A stretch of 32,000 nt of DNA from Candidatus Omnitrophota bacterium. Lineage in GTDB: Bacteria > Omnitrophota > Gorgyraeia > 2-01-FULL-45-10. A program made the translations under genes and the position numbers. Positions 1 to 8,600 of the stretch are shown here, one piece after another. How positions within the stretch are numbered: the first letter of the stretch is position 1; every line of letters starts with the position of its first letter. Under the pieces are notes generated by a model. That model did no database searches. It was given only the letters and a program-made list of their open reading frames with translations, and had not been told where the DNA came from. The DNA lies in contig JAMWCX010000002.1 of the NCBI GenBank assembly GCA_023818895.1, positions 270,001-302,000 on the forward strand, written 5' to 3'.

Positions 1-585
1 CTGAAGCACCTTGCCTATTTGTCCAGTAAACACAAGCGCCGGCATATGTATCATTATCGAACCTCGCAAGCCAGTGCCGGCGTTTGTCGGGCACGCCGTC
101 ATATAACCCCATTTAGGTGAATAAGCATAAGGCAATCTTTTTGAAATTTCTGTGTCTATCTCATCGATTATCCGCCAGCATTCCCGAAGGTTCATACCTG
201 ACTGAAGGACTTGTATTCTCAGGTGGTCCTCCTCGTTTATCATTATACTCACTATCTCTTTCGGATCTACGATCAGGCCTTTGAATTCCACATCTTTGGC
301 ATGTTCAGGACTCATAAGATGTCTCTCAACAAGAAATAGTCGATCCACTTCGCTTAAGTCCTTTATCCTGAAAAATGTTGCGTCTTTAAGAAAGTTGGTG
401 GCCATCACTGCCTGGCTGACCTGTGCAAGTATATCTTCAAGCTGGCGCTTGTTCGCCCAATTTGAAAAAGGCACCTTATCGATGTTTCTCGCAAGCCGTG
501 TGCGCGAAGACATCACTATATCGGAATTAGGTCCTGTTCCCTTAAGCCATTCGCTGTCCTGCTTTAGAAAATCATCTATGGTCAT
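1..585 (-). CDS. mcsB: Protein arginine kinase McsB (ATP:guanido phosphotransferase family); 5' part only, the gene runs off the left edge of the window
   Basis: Absent from the supplied ORF track because there is no stop inside the window. My translation of the minus strand from ATG 585..583 gives MTIDDFLKQDSEWLKGTGPNSDIVMSSRTRLARNIDKVPFSNW...IMINEEDHLRIQVLQSG...YMTACPTNAGTGLRGSIMIHMPALV. This contains the NEEDHLRIQ and CPTNxGTGLR signatures of guanidino kinases. The start overlaps the mcsA stop as ATGA (582..585). Confidence 0.85.
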   Translation of the reverse strand, partial: MTIDDFLKQDSEWLKGTGPNSDIVMSSRTRLARNIDKVPFSNWANKRQLEDILAQVSQAVMATNFLKDATFFRIKDLSEVDRLFLVERHLMSPEHAKDVEFKGLIVDPKEIVSIMINEEDHLRIQVLQSGMNLRECWRIIDEIDTEISKRLPYAYSPKWGYMTACPTNAGTGLRGSIMIHMPALVFTGQIGKVLQ

Positions 586-1094
586 CCTTTGGCCTTCCCA
601 CTCTTACCTTTTCCCTCGAGTTCTCTTATCTTGTCTCTGAGTCTGGCTGCTTCTTCAAATTCTTCCGATTGAATCGCCTTTTCCAGCTGCATCTTAAGAG
701 TCTGGAGCGTCTGTGTGTCCTTGATAGTTTTACCCGCACTTATAGGCACCTTGCCGACATGACGGTTTGCGCCGTGTATCCTTTTGAGCAATGGCTCAAG
801 GTATTTACGGAAAGCTTCATAACATTCGCTGCAGCCAAGACGACCCATCTTTTTGAAATCATCGTATGTGAAGCCACAAGAGGGGCATTTAGCTGTCGTT
901 ACAAGTTCCGGCTCGACGCCCGTGCCGAGATCAGTAAGGCCTGCCAGTAAGTCGCTCAATCCGAAGTGCTCCTCCATCTCGGCCCCTTTCTCCTTCGCGC
1001 AAGATTCACAGATGTGAAGCTTTGTTACCTTATCATTGATAATTTCCGTAAGATGGACCGTCGCTTCATTCTTCCCACAGATATCGCATAGCAT
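582..1094 (-). CDS. mcsA: Protein arginine kinase activator McsA (zinc-ribbon plus UVR-motif protein)
   Basis: 170-aa ORF with cysteine pairs CDICG...CESC and CPSCG...CSECY, followed by a C-terminal UVR motif (EEFEEAARLRDKIRELE). It lies directly upstream of mcsB with an ATGA overlap, the canonical mcsA-mcsB pairing. Confidence 0.85.
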   Translation of the reverse strand: MLCDICGKNEATVHLTEIINDKVTKLHICESCAKEKGAEMEEHFGLSDLLAGLTDLGTGVEPELVTTAKCPSCGFTYDDFKKMGRLGCSECYEAFRKYLEPLLKRIHGANRHVGKVPISAGKTIKDTQTLQTLKMQLEKAIQSEEFEEAARLRDKIRELEGKGKSGKAKG

Positions 1095-1175
1095 TTTTGT
1101 AGGATTTCCCTCTTAAGTTAAGAGCAGCGAGAAAAAATATTCGATTTCCTAACTATTCCCTATTAACCAACAACG

Positions 1176-2066
1176 CTAATACCTCACTCCATCAGTAGCG
1201 GTGAGCTTCTTAAATTCATTTCGCAGCTTTAGCGTAATCGCGCCGGGCTCGCCGGCACCTATCTTCCGGCCGTCAATAGCTACCACTGGTATGATTTCGG
1301 CCGCCGTACCTGTTAAGAATACTTCATCGGCCGCATAGACGTCCTCCATTCTCAGCATCTTCTCTTTAAACGGAATGCCATTACGCCTCGCTATGCCTAT
1401 CACCGCATCGCGAGTAATTCCCTCAAGCGCTCCAACATCTGGTGGGGGCGTCAAAAGCTCTCCGTCTTTCACTATAAAAATATTATCACCTGTGCACTCC
1501 GCAACGTAATCGTCATTTGTAAGCATGATCGCTTCTTCAGCGCCGGATTCTATCGCGTCTATCTTCGCAAGGATATTGTTAAGGTAATTAAGGGACTTGA
1601 TTCTTGGATCAAGCGCTTGCGGCAGGTTTCTTTTCGTAGTTGCTGTAACTATCGCCAGACCCTTTTCGTAGAATTCCTTGGGATATAGGGCTATCTTATC
1701 TGTTATGATAAATATTGTGGGTCTCTTGCACTTCCGCGGATCGAGCCCCAGATCTCCGACCCCCCTTGTCACTACAAGCCTTATATAGGCATCGGTTAAC
1801 CTATTGGCCTTAAGCGTCATTATTACCGCTTCCATCATCTCCATCTTAGTCAGCGGTATCTTAAGCTGAATGGCATCAGCCGATTTGTAAAGCCTGTCTA
1901 TGTGTTCCTTCAACCTAAAAACAAGGCTGTCATATGTCCGTATCCCTTCGAATACGCCGTCACCGTATAAAAGACCGTGGTCAAAAACAGACACAGCCGC
2001 CTCGTGTTTTTCAACAAGTTTTCCGTCAAGATATATTTTCAAGCTCGCACTCTCTTTCTTAGCCAA
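1176..2066 (-). CDS. ilvE: Branched-chain amino acid aminotransferase (fold-type IV PLP enzyme)
   Basis: 296-aa ORF with [18 protein letters not shown] near the N-terminus and class-IV aminotransferase-like sequence throughout. The track start at 2066 is a TTG without a Shine-Dalgarno. An in-frame TTG at 2042 ([10 protein letters not shown]...) preceded by GAGAG is a plausible alternative start. Confidence 0.8.
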   Translation of the reverse strand: MAKKESASLKIYLDGKLVEKHEAAVSVFDHGLLYGDGVFEGIRTYDSLVFRLKEHIDRLYKSADAIQLKIPLTKMEMMEAVIMTLKANRLTDAYIRLVVTRGVGDLGLDPRKCKRPTIFIITDKIALYPKEFYEKGLAIVTATTKRNLPQALDPRIKSLNYLNNILAKIDAIESGAEEAIMLTNDDYVAECTGDNIFIVKDGELLTPPPDVGALEGITRDAVIGIARRNGIPFKEKMLRMEDVYAADEVFLTGTAAEIIPVVAIDGRKIGAGEPGAITLKLRNEFKKLTATDGVRY

Positions 2067-2129
2067 CGTACTTTAATATTAAAAATGGATGGCTTTTATA
2101 ACTAAGTTGGTTTTATATTAAATATAGTT

Positions 2130-2158
2130 ATTATATATAATAGACAATATTATGTCAA
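2130..2158 (-). promoter_or_regulatory. Sigma-70-type promoter for ilvE: TTGACA-N17-TATAAT on the minus strand
   Basis: The minus strand reads TTGACA (2158..2153), a 17-nt spacer, then TATAAT (2135..2130). This lies between the lolD stop and the ilvE start. The region is AT-rich, so a chance match is possible. Confidence 0.4.
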
Positions 2159-2185
2159 ATTATATGGAAAAGGCGGCTAGAAAGG

Positions 2186-2863
2186 CTAATTAGCTACTCC
2201 ATCCTTTAAGCGTAAAATCCGATCAGTCCTTTTAGACAGGCTTTCATCATGGCTAACAATAACAAGCGCCATGTTGTATCGCGACTTCATTTCAAATAAA
2301 AGAGTGTAGATATCCTCGCTTGTTTTGGAATCCAGGTTTCCTGTTGGTTCATCACATAAAAGGTATTGTGGGTTATTTATAAGAGCTCGCGCAATAGCGA
2401 CTCTCTGGGATTCGCCGCCCGAGAGTTCACCTGGTCTATGCCCAGCTCGATCTGCCAATCCGACAGACTTGAGGATATCTAACGCCCTCTCTCTTAAGCG
2501 TTTGCCAGCTGTTAGAGAGCACCGGCCCATTATCATGGCAGGCAGCATCACATTTTCAAGCGCCGTAAACTCAGGGAGCAAATGATAGAATTGAAACACA
2601 AATCCGATGCTTCGATTCCTGACAGATGACCTTTCACGATCTGAAAGATGGTATAGGTCTTTTCCGTCTAATATAACGCTTCCCTCATCCGGCTCATCTA
2701 GAGCACCGAGGATATGAAGTAGGGTCGACTTGCCAGCGCCTGATGGTCCCACTACGGCAAGCGAATATCCTCTTTCAATCTCTAGGCTGACGCCGTTGAG
2801 CGCCTGCACTTCCTTGACACCTTTTTTGTATATCTTACGAACCTCTTTTGCTAATATAGCCAT
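2186..2863 (-). CDS. lolD: ABC transporter ATP-binding protein, LolD / MacB-type (lipoprotein release)
   Basis: 225-aa ORF with Walker A GPSGAGKST, signature LSGGESQR and Walker B LLCDEPTGNLD. It sits 11 nt downstream of a LolC/E-type permease gene. Confidence 0.8.
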   Translation of the reverse strand: MAILAKEVRKIYKKGVKEVQALNGVSLEIERGYSLAVVGPSGAGKSTLLHILGALDEPDEGSVILDGKDLYHLSDRERSSVRNRSIGFVFQFYHLLPEFTALENVMLPAMIMGRCSLTAGKRLRERALDILKSVGLADRAGHRPGELSGGESQRVAIARALINNPQYLLCDEPTGNLDSKTSEDIYTLLFEMKSRYNMALVIVSHDESLSKRTDRILRLKDGVAN

Positions 2864-2874
2864 GGCCTTTATCG

Positions 2875-4101
2875 TTACTCGTACCTTAAAGCCTCCACAG
2901 GCTCAAGCCTTGAAGCTCTGTAGGCTGGATATATAGTAGCTATCAGGCTTATCAATAAACTGCAGGCTATTATAAGATTAACATCTGCCTGCTCTATTTT
3001 TACTGGGAGCGTGTCTATATAGTATATCTCCTTGGGTAGAGCTATGAATTTATATGTCTTGAGACACAAACATGTAATAATACCGGTAAGCGCACCCAAA
3101 GAAGTGCCTATAAGGCCTATAAAACCTCCCTGCAGCGAGAATATGGCCATAACATTAGATTTGGTTGCCCCTATCGCTTTAAGTATTCCTATATCCCTGG
3201 TCTTCTCGAGGACCGTCATTATCAAAGTACTTGCGATGTTGAAACAGGCAACCATAACTATAAGTGTCAGTATTATGAACATCACCGTTTTTTCAAGCTT
3301 CAGCGCCGAGAGAAGGTTCTTATTCATGTCCACCCATGTCCGTACGAAATATTCGGCTCCCAGTCTTACCTGTAGCGTCCTTTTTATTTCTTCCACCTTT
3401 GTGATGTCATCAACCTTAACCGCCACGCCACTCGCGCGATCACCCACACCCAGTAGTTCTTGAGCCTCCGAAAGGTTCATATATACAAGGTTCATGTCAT
3501 ATTCATACATGCCGGAGGTAAATATCCCAACGACTTTAAAATGGCTGCTTTGCGCCTTCAAGCCGCCAGACAATAATATGGTCTTAACATTAACGGCTGA
3601 GGGCAGGATCACTGAAATTTCGTCCCCGACATTCACTCCGATTTTGCGGGCAAGCTCGCTTCCTATGACCATGCCACCGCCCTTCACATTAAGAGAACCT
3701 TTTTTCATGTAATTACCGAGCCTTGAGACACGAATTTCTTCAGCGGGCCTTATGCCCTTTACGATAACGCCTGTTATCTTGTCACCATGGCTTATAAGCG
3801 CCTGCCCGTTCAAAAAATATGAGGCGGCCTTCACGCCATTCACTTTAAGTATTTCAGAACTCAGTTTATCTGAAGGTTGCAGACCATAGTCTGAGACGAT
3901 CTCTATGTGTGAATATGTCCCGATTATCTTCGACCGCAAATCATCATCAAATCCGCTCATCACCGCTATCACTATTATGAGCGCCGCCACACCGACCGCG
4001 ACGCCAAGTATCGATATAAGGCTTATCGCGGATATGAAGCTTTCTTTATGGCGAGATGTAAGGTATCGAAGGCTGATGAGAATCTGCCAGTTCATGCTCA
4101 A
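2875..4101 (-). CDS. LolC/LolE-family lipoprotein-releasing system permease (FtsX-like, with large periplasmic loop)
   Basis: 408-aa ORF. The N-terminal ISLRYLTSRHKESFISAISLISILGVAVGVAAL is typical of LolC/E. It has one TM segment, a ~230-aa loop, then three C-terminal TM segments (FtsX fold), and is paired with lolD. Confidence 0.8.
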   Translation of the reverse strand: MSMNWQILISLRYLTSRHKESFISAISLISILGVAVGVAALIIVIAVMSGFDDDLRSKIIGTYSHIEIVSDYGLQPSDKLSSEILKVNGVKAASYFLNGQALISHGDKITGVIVKGIRPAEEIRVSRLGNYMKKGSLNVKGGGMVIGSELARKIGVNVGDEISVILPSAVNVKTILLSGGLKAQSSHFKVVGIFTSGMYEYDMNLVYMNLSEAQELLGVGDRASGVAVKVDDITKVEEIKRTLQVRLGAEYFVRTWVDMNKNLLSALKLEKTVMFIILTLIVMVACFNIASTLIMTVLEKTRDIGILKAIGATKSNVMAIFSLQGGFIGLIGTSLGALTGIITCLCLKTYKFIALPKEIYYIDTLPVKIEQADVNLIIACSLLISLIATIYPAYRASRLEPVEALRYE

Positions 4102-4144
4102 AAATCTCCAGGTAAAGCGCCTTTTGTTGATGATACGGCTAAAT

Positions 4145-5611
4145 TCATTTGGGATCTTCTTTGGTCTGAGGCCTTAACTGCGGGAAAAGTATAACATCTC
4201 TGATGGAAGGAGAGTTGGTAAGCACCATCACAAGCCTGTCTATGCCGATGCCCAGGCCGCCCGCTGGTGGCATGCCGTATTCGAGAGCTGTTATGAAATC
4301 CTCGTCTATCGTTCTCTTTTTGTCGCCAGCGGCTTTCAGATCTTCCAAGAATCTTGCCCGCTGTTCGATTGGATCATTAAGCTCAGAGTAAGCGTTCGCT
4401 ATCTCCATACCGCCCATATAGAGTTCGAATCTATCTGTGAGAAGAGGGTTGCCTGGTTTGACCTTAGCAAGGGGACACATTTCTTTAAACATGTCGACCA
4501 CAAAAACGGGATGGTTATGCGCCCTAGGTTCTACCAATTCCCCGACTATATTTATAACCTGTGTTCTCGACACATCCCTGCCCTCTATCTCTATACCCTT
4601 CTTTTTGAGTTTTTCGACCCACGCGCTCTGCGAATCCTCGGGAACTATACCGAATTGATCCTTCATAAGATCCGCAAACGACACCCTTTCCCACCTTGAA
4701 AGGTCGAGCACCTTACCCTGATATTCCAGCTGTGTCCGGCCCAACACTTCCCTCGCCACTGTAGTTACGAGCTCCTCGGTCAAAGCCATCATGCCCTCAC
4801 AATCCGAGTAGGCCTCATAGACCTCAAGCATCGTAAATTCAGGGTTATGCCGTATAGATATACCTTCGTTACGGAAGTTGCGGTTGATCTCGTAGACCTT
4901 CTCGAAGCCGCCAACCAGAAGCCTTTTAAGGTACAGCTCGGGGGCGATCCTTAGATAAAGATCGGCATCAAGAGCTTCGTGATGTGTCTTGAATGGCTTG
5001 CCGGCAGCACCGCCTGGGATTGCCTGCATCATTGGCGTCTCAACCTCCAGAAACCCCTTTTCATCCAAAAGCTTCCTTATACAAGAGACTACCTTGGATC
5101 GAATCTTAAACGTATTCTTGACCTCATCGTTGACGATAAGGTCCAAGTAACGCTGTCTGTAACGAGTCTCGACGTCCTTAAGTCCATGCCATTTCTCGGG
5201 CAGAGGTCTTAAACCCTTTGACAGCATTGTTATCTCTTTTGCGATTATTGTGGGCTCTCCGGTACGTGTTTTGAAGGTATCTCCTTTTACCCCTAAAAAA
5301 TCTCCGATATCAACATTTCTGAGAAACGCGAAATTTTCCTTCCCTGAAACATCCTCCTTGACATAAACCTGAATCTTGCCGGTAGAATCCTTGATATCCA
5401 AAAAACAACTCTTGCCGTGAAGCCTTACTGCCATAACACGACCAGCGACCGCCACGGCCTTACCTTCCACAAAACCCTCTTTTAGCTCGGCTATCCGGCA
5501 GGAGACTTCGAACTTGCCGCCATACGGATAAATACCGGCGCTAATCAGGCAATCAAGTTTTGCCTTCCTCTGCTTTATCAGTTCGCTTTCTTCAAAATGC
5601 CGTTCCGCCAT
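4145..5611 (-). CDS. lysS: Lysine--tRNA ligase, class II
   Basis: The ORF has an OB-fold N-domain and class II motifs (FRNEGISIRHNPEFTMLE, GGLGIGIDRLVMVLT). The track start is a GTG at 5635 overlapping the upstream stop. I prefer ATG 5611..5609 (MAERHFEESELIKQR...) because GGAGG (5621..5617) lies 5 nt upstream. Confidence 0.9.
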   Translation of the reverse strand: MAERHFEESELIKQRKAKLDCLISAGIYPYGGKFEVSCRIAELKEGFVEGKAVAVAGRVMAVRLHGKSCFLDIKDSTGKIQVYVKEDVSGKENFAFLRNVDIGDFLGVKGDTFKTRTGEPTIIAKEITMLSKGLRPLPEKWHGLKDVETRYRQRYLDLIVNDEVKNTFKIRSKVVSCIRKLLDEKGFLEVETPMMQAIPGGAAGKPFKTHHEALDADLYLRIAPELYLKRLLVGGFEKVYEINRNFRNEGISIRHNPEFTMLEVYEAYSDCEGMMALTEELVTTVAREVLGRTQLEYQGKVLDLSRWERVSFADLMKDQFGIVPEDSQSAWVEKLKKKGIEIEGRDVSRTQVINIVGELVEPRAHNHPVFVVDMFKEMCPLAKVKPGNPLLTDRFELYMGGMEIANAYSELNDPIEQRARFLEDLKAAGDKKRTIDEDFITALEYGMPPAGGLGIGIDRLVMVLTNSPSIRDVILFPQLRPQTKEDPK

Positions 5612-5631
5612 AGCGGCCTCCGCAAAAACAT

Positions 5632-8600
5632 TCACCTGTGATTGTTTTTCTCTCTCTTTAATATATCCAGAAATATCTTGACTATCGCCGGATCGAACTG
5701 CGTGCCGGCGCCTTCTTTCAATATCTTCATAGCCTCTTTTTTTGAAAAAGCCTTTCTGTACGGCCTATCCGATGTCAGCGCCTGATAAACGTCCGCAATC
5801 GATATTATGCGAGCGCCTAGCGGAATGCCTTCGCCTTTGAGGCCAGTGGGATAGCCCTTTCCGTCCCAACGTTCATGGTGATAGAGTATTAATGGTATTA
5901 TCTCCTGCATGAACTGTATTGGCCTTATGATGTCGGCTGCGATCTGCGGATGCTTCTTTATCTCCTCGAACTCTTTTTTGGTAAGCTTTGCCCGCTTTAA
6001 GAGTATCTTGTCGCTTATTCCGATTTTGCCGAGGTCATGCAGTATCGCCGCCTTCCTCACATTATCTATTTCCTCCTGGCTCATGCTAAGGGCCCTGGCG
6101 ATCTGTGTGGAATATTTAACGGTTGAATCAGCATGCTCACCGGTATAATGGTCTCTCATTTCTATTGTCTTTGCGAAAGCAAAAATGGCCTCCATCAGGC
6201 TCTGTTTTCCGCGTTTGGTAAGCATCGCTATCTGCTCTTTAAGGAATCTGACATCGGTTATATCTCCGGCTTCAGACTGAGAGACCTTACGCTTTTTTAC
6301 GTCTAATGATGAATACGTCTTCGCGCCGCCGGCTGCCTTTACGGCATCGAGGATTTTATCCGCCAGGCTTATAAGATCCATACCTTTGGTAACCGCGTCG
6401 TCCGGGTAAGACGCGACGGCTACGCTCAGCTTGAGCTTTACTATATGTTTCTTGTCTCCGAAATTATAAAGCGTCAAAGCCTCCAGCAGCCGTTGGCCCA
6501 GTAGCATCGCTTTCTGCCGATCGGTTCCCGATGATATAATGACGAACTCCTCACCCCCAAAACGCACGACTACGTCGTAACGCCTGACCATCCTCCTGAG
6601 CTGAGAGGCGAACTGCTTTAATACAAGGTCGCCGAACTCGTGACCGTAAAGGTCGTTTACGGATTTGAAATAGTCTATGTCTATCATTATAACCGAGAGA
6701 GGATGCACATAACGCTTGGCACGGTAGAATTCTGGCTCTATGATCTCAGTAAGATAATGATAATTATATAAACCGGTCTGCGAATCCTTCAACGCGAGCT
6801 GGTTCAGTCTCTTGTTAATCTTTACCAACTCTTTGTTAAGAGCCTCCCTTTCCCTTTCCGCTACCCGTCTGGCAGTCACATCGGTTCCGACGAACATGCC
6901 GCCAACTATCTTGCCGTAGCTGTCGCGTATTATAGTCGATGACCATGCTACGATCTTCTTCTCGCCGCTCGCCGTCGCTATCTCCGTTTCTAGGTCCTTT
7001 ATGGTTTTACCCGCGGCGACAAGTCTCTTCATGAAATTTAAAATCCGCGCCCTCTGCCTAGAATCCGGATAGAGTAGGTTCCACTTCCTGACATTCCCTA
7101 TCAGCTCCTCCCTTTTATAGCCGGATATTTCCTCGGCCTTCTTGTTCCATAGCAGGATTTTACCATCTTGGTCCATCACATCTATCCATACGTTTGCCTC
7201 GTCAAGAAGCGTCTCATAATATTCCTTCTGCCAGGCCAAGGCCTTTTCCGCCTTATCGCGCTGGGCCATGATGCTCGCGTTTTCGAGCGCGACGGCGGCG
7301 CTCGCAGCGAGCCCCTGAAGCATAAACACATCCTGCGCGTCAAATGGTTGTCGGTCTTTTTTGTTATGAAGCTCGAGACAACCTAGGAGTTTTCCTTCGC
7401 GGTTTAGTATAGGCACATTCACCAGATTATAAAGGTCGAATTCCTTGCGTATCTCAGGCGTTATATTAGGGTCTTTTTCGGCGTCGTTACAGATATATGT
7501 TTTATGAGTTTTGGTTATGCAACCGCAAATACCTTCACCGGCCCTGAAGACGTAGTCAATGTGCTCAACTTTGCCATCCTTGTTATATTCCTTGAATACC
7601 ATCTTGTCGCCGAAGACTATCCCCGCTGTTCCCCCCATAGCATCAACAAGTTCTATAGCCGCCGCTACAAGCGTCCTAAGAATTATCGGTGTATCGAGAA
7701 CGGCATTTATGTGCTGGCTTGTGCGGGAGAGTATCTCAAGCTGATAATCGCGCCGCAACAGGCTTTCCTCCTGCTTCTTACGAGAAGTGATATCACGGGC
7801 GTGCGCGAAGTTATACTCACTGCCTTGGAATTCCAGATAATTCACCGTTATCTCTACCGGGAATGTGGTACCGTCTTTACGCCTATGGGTGGTCTCAAAA
7901 CTAAACGAACCTTTTTCCTTGATTTCATTCCAATGCGCCGGCCATTTCTCATAGGTATAGTTGGGGTCTATATCCGGCACGCTCATACTCATCAACTCTT
8001 CGCGTGAATAACCCAGCGACTTACAGGCCATATCGTTCACTTGCAGGATCTTAGCATCGGGTGATACCCAGAAGATAGCGTCGGCGGATCTTTCGATGGC
8101 AAACTGCGCTATTTGGCTCACCTCTTCGGCGTTCCTGCGCTCTTCCTCAACCCCTATAGCAAGCGCTATAAAGCTTACGATATCCTTATCTTCATCTGTC
8201 GGGTTAATGTCATACTGATAGACAACACATATAGTTCCTATGAATTCATTCCCGAATTTAACTGCTCGGCCCATATAGGTCTGCAAGTTATATTTCGCCA
8301 CATTTGGATCAGTTTTAGCGTAATTCGTTTCCTGCAGATTTCTGATAACGACTACCTCATCACCACCTTTTTTTACAACATCATAGCAGATGTGCCCTTC
8401 AGGGTTATCGACAGGCACAAAGTCGGGTGGCGTATTCCACTGACCGCACGCGCGGATTTGGTAGCGCCCTTCCTCAAGGCGGTTATAGAGCGCACAATCC
8501 GCGCCCAAAAGTTCTCCGCAAAGAGCCGTTAAGCGGTTTATGTTTTCATAAGGATCCGCGCTGAAACTGAGAAACGTCTCATTTATCTTAGCCCATCGCT

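Noticed and set aside
281-950. Plus-strand ORFs 281..640 and 669..950
   Set aside because: They are antisense to the clearly recognisable mcsB and mcsA coding sequences.
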